Positions 38,399 through 48,027 of a stretch of 60,081 nucleotides of DNA are shown in pieces. Numbering within the stretch: the stretch's first letter is position 1; each line of letters begins with the position of its first letter. Source of the stretch: an uncultured Oscillospiraceae bacterium (GTDB taxonomy: Bacteria; Bacillota; Clostridia; Oscillospirales; Oscillospiraceae); assembly GCA_964408545.1 (NCBI GenBank), contig CAYOZT010000001.1, positions 1 through 60,081 on the forward strand. The letters run 5' to 3'. Position numbers and translations under genes: made by a program. The notes below the pieces were generated by a model. That model was not told where the DNA came from. It saw only the letters and a list, made by a program, of their open reading frames with translations, and made no database searches.

Positions 38399-39089
38399 GT
38401 TTCGCTTCCTCCTTTTTCAGGCGGATCATCAGGATATAGAGCATACTGCTCATGCGGTTAAGAAGCATTAGGATATCGCTACGCGAACAGCTGCCGTCCG
38501 CGTTTTCGAAGGCACGGGCGGCGCATAGCTCCGCCGCCCGTGCGGCGCAGCGCGCCCGATTGAGCATTAATATCGCAGCGCCGTCGCGAAACGAGGGCAT
38601 AAAATGCGGCTGCGCGTAGTACTTCTGCGGAAAGTGCGAATGCTCGCGTAGCTCCGCGGCCGTCAGACCGCACAGCGTGTCGAGCTTTGCAGGTTCTTGC
38701 ATGACGTCATAGCGGATGATGCTGCGCGCAAGCGAGAGTATTTCCTCCAGATCGTTTTGCGTTTTCCGATCGCAGGAAAGCTGCGCGAGCAGGATCTGCG
38801 CCTCAAGCGTATCCATCGCACCGCGAAAGGCGATGATCGGCGCGGATTTCGCCACGAGGATATCGCCGCGCAAATGCGTCATGTGCTCGGGCTTTTGTGT
38901 GAAACATTCGCCCGAGAGCGTGTGATAACGCTCGATTTTTGCCTCCTTGGCAGAACGCAGTTCGATGCGTTCGTGGCGCAGATAATCGCGTGCGGAAGGG
39001 CTGAGCGTATCGCCGTCACCGAGGAAAAAAACACGTTTGCCGTCGCGATTGCGCACATTCGCCCTGACCGCTTCCAGATCATAAAGCAT
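38391..39089 (-). CDS. eutT: Cobalamin adenosyltransferase EutT-type
   Basis: KPEHMTHL, FRGAMDTLEA, LREHSH, LNRAR...E, LNRMSS. Confidence 0.88.
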   Translation of the reverse strand: MLYDLEAVRANVRNRDGKRVFFLGDGDTLSPSARDYLRHERIELRSAKEAKIERYHTLSGECFTQKPEHMTHLRGDILVAKSAPIIAFRGAMDTLEAQILLAQLSCDRKTQNDLEEILSLARSIIRYDVMQEPAKLDTLCGLTAAELREHSHFPQKYYAQPHFMPSFRDGAAILMLNRARCAARAAELCAARAFENADGSCSRSDILMLLNRMSSMLYILMIRLKKEEAKHG

Positions 39090-39389
39090 TTATTGTTCGG
39101 CGCTTTGCGCGCTGCGTCCCTTGGGGAGGATGGCGTCGACCTCGGTGTGCGGCCGCGCGATGACGTGCACGGAGATCAACTCACCGACTTTTTCAGCGGC
39201 GGCGGCACCGGCATCGGTCGCGGCCTTGACCGCGCCGACATCACCGCGTACCATCACCGTGACGAGTCCGCCGCCGACCTGCTCCTTGCCCACCAGCTGC
39301 ACATTGGCGGATTTGACCATGGCGTCGGCCGCTTCGATCGCACCGATGAGACCTCTTGTTTCGATCATGCCCAAAGAATTCGTGTCCAT
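39090..39389 (-). CDS. eutM: BMC hexamer shell protein
   Basis: [36 protein letters not shown]. Confidence 0.93.
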   Translation of the reverse strand: MDTNSLGMIETRGLIGAIEAADAMVKSANVQLVGKEQVGGGLVTVMVRGDVGAVKAATDAGAAAAEKVGELISVHVIARPHTEVDAILPKGRSAQSAEQ

Positions 39390-39403
39390 ATTCGTTCATC
39401 CTT

Positions 39404-40840
39404 TCAAGTGTTCTTGTTGTTTAGCCGTTCCAGAATTTTTGCGGTGAGCAGTTCGACAAGCTCGGCGTTCTTTTCACACGCGGGCGTCGTTTGCTCCCGT
39501 CCCCACGCGACACGGCGGATATTGATAAGGTCGAGCGGGGAGATGTTGTTCGACGAGCTGCTGCCGCCGACCGCGCCGCAGCCGAGCGTCAGCGCGGGGA
39601 AAAGGGAAGTGCTCGCGCCGATCCCGCCGAGCGCGGCGGGCGTGTTGACCAGAAAACGCGAAACGGGGATGCTGCGTGCGAATTTTCGGATCACGTCACG
39701 GTCGCTTGCGTGCATGGCGAAGGTGTGTCCCGCGCCCTCGTGCGTCAGCACCTCAATGGCCTTTTCGAGGACGGCGTCTTCGCTGTCCATTACGAAAAAT
39801 GCCAGCACGGGACAAAGCTTTTCCATCGAATACGGGCGCGTGGGTCCTGCCTCCTGCTCGTGCGCGACGAGCACTTTCGTGTTCGCGGGCACGGAAAAGT
39901 GCGCCATCTGCGCAAGCGAGAGCGCACTGCGCCCGACGATGTCGGGATTGAGCGCACCGCTCGGGCGGAACAAAAGTTTTGCAAGGGAGGCGGCCTCTTG
40001 CGTATTCATGAAATAAAAGCCCAGCTTTTCGCCTTCGCGTATGACGCGCTCGCGCATCCCTTTTTCGACGATGATGCTTTGCTCGGACGCGCAGACCGTG
40101 CCGTTATCGAAGGTTTTCGAGCGCAGGATGCATTCGAGCGCATGGGAAATGTCGGCACTGTGGTGGATATAGGCCGGGCCGTTGCCCGCGCCGACGCCGA
40201 TGGCGGGCTTTCCCGAGGAATAGGCCGCCTTGACCATGGCAGGGCCGCCCGTGGCAAGGATGAGGCGCACCGCATCCGCGTGCATCAGCTCCTGACAGCC
40301 TGCCATAGACGCGATCGACAGGCAGCCGATGCAGCCTTCGGGCGCTCCTGCCTCGCGTGCGGCCTGCTCGACGATCTGCGCAGCCTTTTGCGTGCAGCCG
40401 AGTGCCTTCGGATGCGGCGAGAAAATGACGCTGTTGCCGGATTTCAGGCAGATGAGCGCCTTATAGCAGACGGTCGAGGTCGGGTTCGTGCTCGGCACGA
40501 TCGCCGCAATGACGCCGACACCGACGCCGATCTCCCAAAGCCCTTTTTCTTCGTCTTCGTGCAGAAATCCGACGGCTTTCATATCGCGGATGGCGTCGAA
40601 AACTTTTTCCGAGGCGAAGCGATTTTTGACCGTTTTGTCCTCGACATTGCCGAAGAGAGTCTCTTGCACGGCCAATGCGGCAAGCTCGGCGGCGTGTTCG
40701 GCAAATCGGCGGGAAACGGCGGCGCAGATCGCGTCGAGTTTTTCCTGCGAAAATCCTTGCAGGGCGGTTTGTGCCTGCGCGGCACGCCGACATAGAAGCC
40801 TTGCTTCCTGCCGCGCGGCAAGATCTTGATCGAAATCCAT
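39404..40840 (-). CDS. eutE: CoA-acylating acetaldehyde dehydrogenase
   Basis: PSTNPTST, ATGGPAMV, GVGAGN, FDNGTVCASEQ, EKLCP, TLGCG; C-terminal amphipathic peptide. Confidence 0.93.
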   Translation of the reverse strand: MDFDQDLAARQEARLLCRRAAQAQTALQGFSQEKLDAICAAVSRRFAEHAAELAALAVQETLFGNVEDKTVKNRFASEKVFDAIRDMKAVGFLHEDEEKGLWEIGVGVGVIAAIVPSTNPTSTVCYKALICLKSGNSVIFSPHPKALGCTQKAAQIVEQAAREAGAPEGCIGCLSIASMAGCQELMHADAVRLILATGGPAMVKAAYSSGKPAIGVGAGNGPAYIHHSADISHALECILRSKTFDNGTVCASEQSIIVEKGMRERVIREGEKLGFYFMNTQEAASLAKLLFRPSGALNPDIVGRSALSLAQMAHFSVPANTKVLVAHEQEAGPTRPYSMEKLCPVLAFFVMDSEDAVLEKAIEVLTHEGAGHTFAMHASDRDVIRKFARSIPVSRFLVNTPAALGGIGASTSLFPALTLGCGAVGGSSSSNNISPLDLINIRRVAWGREQTTPACEKNAELVELLTAKILERLNNKNT

Positions 40841-40844
40841 GATG

Positions 40845-41474
40845 CTACTCCTTTTTCGGTGTTCTTGCGATCAGCGATACGGCTTGCGCGAAAGCGCTGC
40901 AGGCGGCGTCGCACGCGCTTTGCGTGCCCGTCAGCAGTGCACCGCCGAAATTCGTTTCGCTCGGCGGGGCGTAAAACTTGCAAAGGCGCACATCGGCGGC
41001 CTTGAGCGCTGCGTCGAGCGCGACCATGCTCTCGAGCGGCGGCGCGATGAGGTAAGAAAGTGCCGCGCCGAGTCGAACGCCGGCTTCCTGCGCCAGAAAG
41101 CTGCCGCAACTGCTGACGGTGTAGGCAAGATAGGGGACGCCGTTTTCTTCCGAAAAGCCGATGTGTTCGAGCGATGCGAGCACCGCGTCCATGCCGCTTT
41201 TCGCGGCGTCGGGCGTCTCGGCGGACAAAATGCCGATCACTTCGCCCGCATAGGGAGTCGAAGCATTGGCGGCGCCCGCGTAGAAACTTCGCGCGTAGGA
41301 TACGCTCACGTCGGCGGCCTTGGTCGCTTCGTCGAGGGCGATATAGGTCGCGTCATCGCTGTCCGTCGTCACAAGGGCAAGGCAGCGGTGACCGTTTGGA
41401 ACGTTCAGCGCGCGCAGCAGCGCCTCGCCGGCGTTCGGGATATGCCGCACGGCAAGGACTCGGACACGGATCAT
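40845..41474 (-). CDS. eutL: BMC tandem-domain shell protein
   Basis: DDATYIALDEATK, SFYAGA, YLIAPPLE, PPSETNFGGALLTG.QSAC. Confidence 0.94.
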   Translation of the reverse strand: MIRVRVLAVRHIPNAGEALLRALNVPNGHRCLALVTTDSDDATYIALDEATKAADVSVSYARSFYAGAANASTPYAGEVIGILSAETPDAAKSGMDAVLASLEHIGFSEENGVPYLAYTVSSCGSFLAQEAGVRLGAALSYLIAPPLESMVALDAALKAADVRLCKFYAPPSETNFGGALLTGTQSACDAACSAFAQAVSLIARTPKKE

Positions 41475-42379
41475 CTGTCGTCCTCCGTGTGCAGACCGAC
41501 CCCCGACACCTTTTTACGCAGGATCTTTTCGATGAGATCGGCGGCGTAAGCGCCCGCCTCAAGCGCGGGCGTGCCCTGCGCATGGATGTTGGAGATGACC
41601 GTGCGGCTCGACTCCGACACGCCCGTATGCGGCCGGTAGGTGATATAGATCGACATACTCTTGTCGCTGACGAGCCCCGGCCGTTCGCCGACGAGCATAC
41701 ACACGACTTCGCAGCCCGTGATATCGCCGATGGCATCGCCCGCGCCGACGCGGCAGTATCGGACGAAAATGGCTTTGCCGCTGTCGATACCTTTCAGCCG
41801 CAGACCGTCCTGCAGCGCGTGCATACAGTCGATGGCGTTGGCGCGGATCGCCGCGGCGGATAAGCCGTCGCCGATGACGATCTGCACGGTCGGCGCCCTG
41901 TCGATGACGCCTTTGATCGCCTTGGCGTTGTGCTCGTCAAAAAGGCGACCGAGATCGGGGCGCGTAAGATATTCTTCCTTATTTGCACAGCGCGTTACGG
42001 TCGGCAGCAGGTCGTTTTCTTTGGCAAACTCCGCGTCGATCTCCGACCAGACCGCATCCTGTGCTGCCGCGTGATCGGCGCGAAAGCGCAGCATCGTCAG
42101 CGTTTTGTAGCGGGCACCGGCTTTGCCCGAGCCGAGACGCGCGGGCGTTTTTTGCTTCATTTGCCGAAATTTTTCGGCATTTTCCGCGTTTTCCACGAGA
42201 TACAACTGCCGAAGATCGAGCGCCGTCACATCGGGAACGAAATCGCCGTCGTGAAAAGACGCCGTCGGCCGTTCGTCAACGCTCTGCGTGGATTTATAGG
42301 AGCTCCCTTTGACGGCAGGTTCCTGCTCGAGCTGCGCCATGATCTGCGCGACGAGCGCGCCGAGTTCTTCCTTATTCAT
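41471..42379 (-). CDS. eutC: Ethanolamine ammonia-lyase small subunit
   Basis: TPARLG, FRADHAAAQDAV, YLTRPDLGR, DGLS, GERPGL, ISNIH. Confidence 0.96.
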   Translation of the reverse strand: MNKEELGALVAQIMAQLEQEPAVKGSSYKSTQSVDERPTASFHDGDFVPDVTALDLRQLYLVENAENAEKFRQMKQKTPARLGSGKAGARYKTLTMLRFRADHAAAQDAVWSEIDAEFAKENDLLPTVTRCANKEEYLTRPDLGRLFDEHNAKAIKGVIDRAPTVQIVIGDGLSAAAIRANAIDCMHALQDGLRLKGIDSGKAIFVRYCRVGAGDAIGDITGCEVVCMLVGERPGLVSDKSMSIYITYRPHTGVSESSRTVISNIHAQGTPALEAGAYAADLIEKILRKKVSGVGLHTEDDR

Positions 42380-42391
42380 TCCTTCCCCCCC

Positions 42392-43756
42392 TTAACAAAG
42401 CAGGCTCGAGCCGTCGCCCGCCTTCGCAGTCAAACGGCCGTTTTCGACGAAGCCCATTTTTTCGAGCCAGCGCTGAAACTCGGGGATGGCGGTCTTGCCC
42501 GTGATCTCGCGCAGCGCGGCTGTCTCGCGGAACCCCGTCGTCTGATAGTTGAGCATGATGTCGTCGCCGTGCGGGATGCCCATGAAGTAGTTGCAGCCCG
42601 CCATGGTCAGCAGCGCAGCGAGATTTTCGATATCGTTCTGGTCGGCCTTCATGTGATTGGTGTAGCAGCAGTCGCAGCCCATGGAAACACCCGTGAGCTT
42701 GCCCATGAAGTGATCTTCAAGCCCCGCACGCGTGACCTGCCGCGCGTCGTACAGGTATTCCGGGCCGATGAAGCCGACCACGGTGTTGACGAGGAAGGGG
42801 TGGAAATGCTTGGCAAAGCCGTAGCAGCGCGCCTCCATGGTCACCTGATCGCTGCCGTTATGCGCGTCGGAGGACAATTCCGAGCCCTGTCCCGTTTCAA
42901 AATACAGCACATTGGGGCCTTCGGCCGTGCCCTCGTGCAGCAGAAGATCTCTTGCCTGCGCAAGGGTGTCGGCGCAGAAGCCGAACGCTTCGTTGCCCTT
43001 TTGCGAGCCTGCGATCGACTGAAAAATGAGGTCGCACGGCGCACCGCTGCGCACGGCCTTCATTTGCGCGGTCACGTGCGCGAGCACACAAATTTGCGTC
43101 GGGATCTGCCAACGGTTCTTGAGTTCGTCAAAGCGGTGCAGAATTTTCGCGACCTGCTCGGGGGAGTCCGTCACGGGATTCAGACCGATCACGGCGTCGC
43201 CCGCACCGAAGGAAAGCCCTTCGAGCGTCGAGGCGGTGATGCCCTCGAGATCGTCCGTGGTGTGGTTCGGCTGCAGACGGCAGCTGAGCGTACCGGGTAG
43301 GCCGATGGTCGTATTGCAGTGCGCGGTGACGTGCATTTTGTTCGCCGCGTAGATGAGGTCGAGGTTACTCATGAGTTTGGCAACGGCGGCGACCATTTCG
43401 CTCGTAAGGCCGCTGCGAATGCGACGGATGTCGGCATCCTTCGTCTGCTCGGACAGGATCCACTCGCGCAGTTCGCTGACCGTCCACGAACGGATGGAGG
43501 CGTACACCTTTTCGTTGACGTCATCTTGAATGATGCGCGTGACTTCGTCCTCTTCGTACGGAACGGCGGGATTTTCCCGAAGCTCGGCAAGCGTCACGGC
43601 GCTCAGGACGACTTTTGCGGCCACACGTTCCTGTGCGGACTGCGCGGCGAGCCCCGCGAGTCGGTCGCCCGATTTTTCCTCATTGGCTTTCGCCAGAACC
43701 TCTTTGATATCTCGAAAAACATAGGTCTTTCCGAGAAGCGTCGTTTGTAATTTCAT
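42392..43756 (-). CDS. eutB: Ethanolamine ammonia-lyase large subunit
   Basis: RLQPNH, DAVIGLNP, YFETGQGSELS, NTVVGFIGPEY, DIMLNYQTT. Confidence 0.97.
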   Translation of the reverse strand: MKLQTTLLGKTYVFRDIKEVLAKANEEKSGDRLAGLAAQSAQERVAAKVVLSAVTLAELRENPAVPYEEDEVTRIIQDDVNEKVYASIRSWTVSELREWILSEQTKDADIRRIRSGLTSEMVAAVAKLMSNLDLIYAANKMHVTAHCNTTIGLPGTLSCRLQPNHTTDDLEGITASTLEGLSFGAGDAVIGLNPVTDSPEQVAKILHRFDELKNRWQIPTQICVLAHVTAQMKAVRSGAPCDLIFQSIAGSQKGNEAFGFCADTLAQARDLLLHEGTAEGPNVLYFETGQGSELSSDAHNGSDQVTMEARCYGFAKHFHPFLVNTVVGFIGPEYLYDARQVTRAGLEDHFMGKLTGVSMGCDCCYTNHMKADQNDIENLAALLTMAGCNYFMGIPHGDDIMLNYQTTGFRETAALREITGKTAIPEFQRWLEKMGFVENGRLTAKAGDGSSLLC

Positions 43757-43759
43757 GCT

Positions 43760-45118
43760 TCATTTCTCCAAAATCAGGGTTTTGATCACGACGGGGATAG
43801 CCGCATCGATCGGTGCGCCGACGTCGAGAAAGCTTTCGGGCGGCAAACGCACGCGGTCGATGCACAAGATGGGCGTGTCGGCGGGCAGACGCAGCGCAAG
43901 CGCGTGCCCGAGAGATTTTGCCATATCCTGCTCGAAAACAAAAATGCGCTCGCCGCACATGGGGACGCGCGCAAGCTTTTCGGCCAGCGCGGAGATCTGC
44001 GCATAATGCTCTGCGCCGCAGCCGTCAAGCGCGACGGCGCACGGCGACTCGTATAACGTCAGCTTATGCGCAAGCGCCTCGGGAAGCTCCTGCGGCGTCA
44101 CGCGGACGACGGGCAAGTTTTTGAGCGGAAAATCGATGTTGCGGTAAAACACGGTGCTGCCCGACAGCGTGGTCGCGTGGCAGCCTGCGCCGATGACGGT
44201 CGCGCGGATAGCCTCGCTGCCGAGCCGATAGGGCATTTGACACAGACGGCTTTCGACGATGGCCTGCGCGAGCGTCGGGCCGATGTCGCCGAACGCGCCA
44301 TGGTCGAACGGTTGCGCCATACACTCCGCCACGCCGCCCGAAAACGACAGCATTTCTATCTTTTCGGGAATGCGCCACACTTCGCCCGCCTCGCGTGTCC
44401 ACAGCTTTTGCAAAACTTCCGTCGGCGCACGCAGACCGACCGCCATTTCGAGCGCTTGCGCAAGCGTCCGACAGAGCGCATCGAAAGCCTCTCGCGGCGG
44501 TCGATCGCCGACACGATAGGGGAAAATGCCCTCAAGAACGGGGGAGAGGTAGCGGATCGTCCCCGCTTCGTCGATCTTCACGAGCCGACCGCCGACATTC
44601 ATGCAGCCCGTTGCGATGATCTCACCGCCGCAAATGTAGGCAAAATTCGAAGTTCCGCCGCCGATGTCGATGTGCACAAGGCTTTTCCCCGTTTCGGCGC
44701 TGTAACGATCGGCGCGTGCTCCCTTCGCGGCGAGTACGCTTTCCAAATGCGGCCCCGCCGTTGCGACGACGAATTCGCCCGCGAATTGCGACAGATGCTT
44801 GAGCACCGTCCGTGCGTTTTCTTTTCGTCCCGTTTCGCCCGTGATGATGATCGCGCCCGTGTCGACCTGCCGCCGCTCGATGCCCGCACGGCGATACTCG
44901 TTTTCGACGATGTCGCGCAGCTTTTCGCCGTCGACGAGCTCTTGCCCGAGCAGGGGCGTGAAATGGACGGGACTTCGGTAGAGGATCTCGCGCGTGGCGA
45001 TGTGCATATCGGGCACGGCGAACGGAGAATTTTTGTTTTCGATGCCAAGCCGCGAGAGCAGCATCTGCGTTGTGCTCGTGCCGACATCCAGCCCGACCGA
45101 AAGAAGCTCCTTACGCAC
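43760..45118 (-). CDS. eutA: Ethanolamine ammonia-lyase reactivating factor
   Basis: LSVGLDVGTSTTQ, GAIIITGET..KENA, VATAGP.LE, DIGGGTSN, IRATVIGAG, PVVIKTL; GTG start with GGAGG RBS. Confidence 0.93.
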   Translation of the reverse strand: MRKELLSVGLDVGTSTTQMLLSRLGIENKNSPFAVPDMHIATREILYRSPVHFTPLLGQELVDGEKLRDIVENEYRRAGIERRQVDTGAIIITGETGRKENARTVLKHLSQFAGEFVVATAGPHLESVLAAKGARADRYSAETGKSLVHIDIGGGTSNFAYICGGEIIATGCMNVGGRLVKIDEAGTIRYLSPVLEGIFPYRVGDRPPREAFDALCRTLAQALEMAVGLRAPTEVLQKLWTREAGEVWRIPEKIEMLSFSGGVAECMAQPFDHGAFGDIGPTLAQAIVESRLCQMPYRLGSEAIRATVIGAGCHATTLSGSTVFYRNIDFPLKNLPVVRVTPQELPEALAHKLTLYESPCAVALDGCGAEHYAQISALAEKLARVPMCGERIFVFEQDMAKSLGHALALRLPADTPILCIDRVRLPPESFLDVGAPIDAAIPVVIKTLILEK

Positions 45119-46193
45119 GACCGACGACCTCCGTGATGATACTGCGCACCATGCCGGCGTCGGGCGTGACGAGATTGGTCCGGCAGCAGGGATCCGATAG
45201 CGCCGAGGCGACCAAGGCGTCCATATCCTTTGCGACACGTGTGGGGCAAATGCCCGCCTGCACGAGCGTCTGTGGCAACCGCAGGTTGCGCCGAAGGGTC
45301 AAAAGGGCGTTTTTCAGTGCCCGCACGGCGATCGTGTCGCTTGCACAGGAAAGTCCGACGCTGCGCGCCAAGGCGGCATAGCACGCGCAACCGACGGTTG
45401 CGTTGCGTTCGATGACCGCAGGCAGCAAAATGGCGTTGAGCGCGCCGTGCGGGATATGGTATTCGCCGCCGAGGGTGTGCGAAATGGCGTGGCAGAGCCC
45501 GAGCCCCGCGTTGGAAAAGGCCAATCCGGCCATGCACGATGCTTCGTGCAGTCGTCCGCGCAGCGCCGTATTGCCGCCGAAGGAGGCGGGCAAAAGCTCC
45601 AGAGCCGTGCGCAGCGCATCGGCGGATAACAGGCGCGTGACCGTTCCCGACTTCGTCGCGACATAACTTTCGACCGCGTGCGAGACCATGTCAAAGCCGC
45701 CCTCTGCGACGAGCTTTTGCGGAAGGGTCGCGACGAGCGTACTGTCGAGAACGGCCATCTGCGGGCGCAGTGCCTCGTCAACTAAGGGGTGCTTGCGCGC
45801 CTCATGCGTCAGGATCGCAAAATCCGTTACCTCCGAGCCCGAGCCCGAAGTCGTGGGGATGGCGACGAGCTGCGCCCGACTTTGCGAAAAATAGTGCATG
45901 GCCTTGGCCGTGTCGATGGCACTGCCGCCGCCGAGCGCGACGATCGTATCGGGGCGAAAGCTTTGCACTTCGAGCGCGCCGCGCGCCGCCGTTTCGACCG
46001 AGGGATCCGGCTTTACATCGGCAAAAATATGCGTTTGGCGCGCATTTGCCGCCGCCGTGACGGCGTCCGCTTTGCCGTTTTCCAGAAAATAAGGGTCACA
46101 CACGAGCATGAGCCGCTCCGCGTGCAGCGTTTGCAGCGCCGCGATCGACCCTGCACCGCTGACGATCCTTGTCTTACAGATAAATTGTTCCAT
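45111..46193 (-). CDS. eutG: Iron-containing alcohol dehydrogenase (EutG/PduQ-like)
   Basis: GGGSAID.AK, IPTTSGSGSEVT, AGLAFSNAGLGLCHAISH, PHG. Confidence 0.85.
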   Translation of the reverse strand: MEQFICKTRIVSGAGSIAALQTLHAERLMLVCDPYFLENGKADAVTAAANARQTHIFADVKPDPSVETAARGALEVQSFRPDTIVALGGGSAIDTAKAMHYFSQSRAQLVAIPTTSGSGSEVTDFAILTHEARKHPLVDEALRPQMAVLDSTLVATLPQKLVAEGGFDMVSHAVESYVATKSGTVTRLLSADALRTALELLPASFGGNTALRGRLHEASCMAGLAFSNAGLGLCHAISHTLGGEYHIPHGALNAILLPAVIERNATVGCACYAALARSVGLSCASDTIAVRALKNALLTLRRNLRLPQTLVQAGICPTRVAKDMDALVASALSDPCCRTNLVTPDAGMVRSIITEVVGRA

Positions 46194-46340
46194 CTTCCCA
46201 CCTCGCAGCTATTGTTTCCGAAACACAGAAAATCATGTGCAAAATTTCGGCGAAAATTCCGCTTTCGGCGGAAAAGGTTCTTGACGAATTAGAACGAATG
46301 TGTTATTATGAAACAAAACCAAGAAACGGGAGGTCCTGCC

Positions 46341-46865
46341 ATGGAACGATCCCTTCCTGCCGCGGAGGAGCTGGCACTGGCCGACGAGATCCTCAACCGC
46401 AATTTTCTGAGCATGGCGTATCTGCGCAGTCTGCTCGCGGGCGATTTTCACCTCGAATATCTGGGCGAAGATTTTCTGCTGTTGCACGAAAAGGGCATTT
46501 TTGTCCTCAAGCAGTGCCACAAAAACGGCATCATCCGCGGAGAGGCCGATGCGCAGCTGTGGACGGAGATGAACTATCTCGGCGACGAGGCGCTCTTTTC
46601 CAACCCCTTGCTCGACAACCGCGTCAACATCCAAAAACTGATGCTGTTTTTGAAGCTGCCGCGTGAGGCGTTTCACAGCTGCATCTTGTTCGATACGCAG
46701 TGCGAGCTTCGCAGCGTCCCGCGCGAGGGGGCGCATTTTTCCGTGATGCTCGTCGACGAATTGGAAGATTTTTTTGCAAAATTTCCGCAAATGCCCGTTC
46801 GCTATTCGCATACCCAGCTCGATGCGCTCAACGATATTTTTCTGCTTGTATCCGGCGGAAAATGA
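46341..46865 (+). CDS. NERD-like domain protein, apparently degenerate
   Basis: DFLLLHEKGIFVL...G..W...NPL.N pattern; GGGAGGT RBS; promoter TTGACG-17-TATTAT at 46281-46309. Confidence 0.6.
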   Translation: MERSLPAAEELALADEILNRNFLSMAYLRSLLAGDFHLEYLGEDFLLLHEKGIFVLKQCHKNGIIRGEADAQLWTEMNYLGDEALFSNPLLDNRVNIQKLMLFLKLPREAFHSCILFDTQCELRSVPREGAHFSVMLVDELEDFFAKFPQMPVRYSHTQLDALNDIFLLVSGGK

Positions 46866-46901
46866 TGTTATAATGCGTTTGTGAAAAAGTGAGGTGATCG
46901 G

Positions 46902-47390
46902 ATGCGCATTCTCGGCATCGATCCCGGCTACGGGATCACGGGCTTCGGCCTGATCGAGTCGGAGCGCGGGAACAGTAAACTTTTGACCTGCGGCGCCGTC
47001 ACGACACCTGCGGGAATGGATTTTTCCGCCAGACTCGAAATCATTTACAACGATATCTGCGAGCTTCTGCGTCAGACAAAGCCCGACGCCGTTGCGATCG
47101 AGGAACTTTTTTTCGGTCAGAATGTGACCACGGGCATCGGCGTGGCGCAGGCGCGCGGCGTGGTGCTGCTGGCCGTCCGTCAGGCAGGTCTTGAGGTCAC
47201 GGCCTACAAGCCCATGCAGGTCAAACTTTCGCTCGTCGGCTACGGCAACGCGACGAAGCATCAAATGATGGACATGACCAAGCGCCTTTTGCATTTGAAC
47301 GCCATGCCCAAGCCCGACGACGCGGCCGATGCCATCGCCATCGCGCTTTGCCACGCGCGCTCGGCGACATCCTTGCTGTCGAAGGTGTAA
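46902..47390 (+). CDS. ruvC: Holliday junction resolvase
   Basis: ILGIDPG, AIEELFF, GYGNATK, DDAADAIAIA. Confidence 0.96.
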   Translation: MRILGIDPGYGITGFGLIESERGNSKLLTCGAVTTPAGMDFSARLEIIYNDICELLRQTKPDAVAIEELFFGQNVTTGIGVAQARGVVLLAVRQAGLEVTAYKPMQVKLSLVGYGNATKHQMMDMTKRLLHLNAMPKPDDAADAIAIALCHARSATSLLSKV

Positions 47391-47404
47391 TTTCGGAGGT
47401 ATTT

Positions 47405-48004
47405 ATGATCTACTGTCTTTCCGGCACGGTCGCCGTATTGGAGCCGGGGCTGGCCGTCATCGACTGCGGCGGCGTCGGCTACGGTTGCCGTGTGAGCGCA
47501 TATACCGCTGCGCAATTAAAACTGAATCAAACCGCGCGATTGTTCGTCACCGAATCCATCCGCGAGGACGCATACGATCTGTTCGGATTTGAAAGCCGCG
47601 AGGAACAGCGCCTTTTCGAGATGCTGACCGCCGTCAACGGCGTCGGCGCGAAGGCTGCGCTGTCGATCCTCTCCGCCGGCGGCCCGCAGAATTTCACCCT
47701 TGCCGTCATGACCGGCGACGAAAAGCTGCTGACTGCGGCGCAGGGCGTCGGCAAAAAGCTGGCACAGCGCATCATCCTCGAGCTGAAGGACAAGCTCGGC
47801 GGAGGAACGCAGCTCGATTTTTCCGCCATCCAAAACACCGCGCCCTTGCAGCAAGGGAACAATGCCGCCTTGGCGAATGCCGCGCTGCAGGAGCTGGGCT
47901 ATTCCGCCGCCGAGATCGCATCCGCGCTCAAGGGCGTCGATCCCAACGCATCGGTCGAAGAAATGGTGCGCCATGTCCTGCGCGCCATGGTCATGAAGGG
48001 CTGA
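47405..48004 (+). CDS. ruvA: Holliday junction branch migration protein
   Basis: GGVGY, REDAYDLFGF, VNGVGAK, GVGKKLAQRIILELK, ALQELGY. Confidence 0.95.
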   Translation: MIYCLSGTVAVLEPGLAVIDCGGVGYGCRVSAYTAAQLKLNQTARLFVTESIREDAYDLFGFESREEQRLFEMLTAVNGVGAKAALSILSAGGPQNFTLAVMTGDEKLLTAAQGVGKKLAQRIILELKDKLGGGTQLDFSAIQNTAPLQQGNNAALANAALQELGYSAAEIASALKGVDPNASVEEMVRHVLRAMVMKG

Positions 48005-48027
48005 AATAAGAACCGTGGAGGTTAGAA

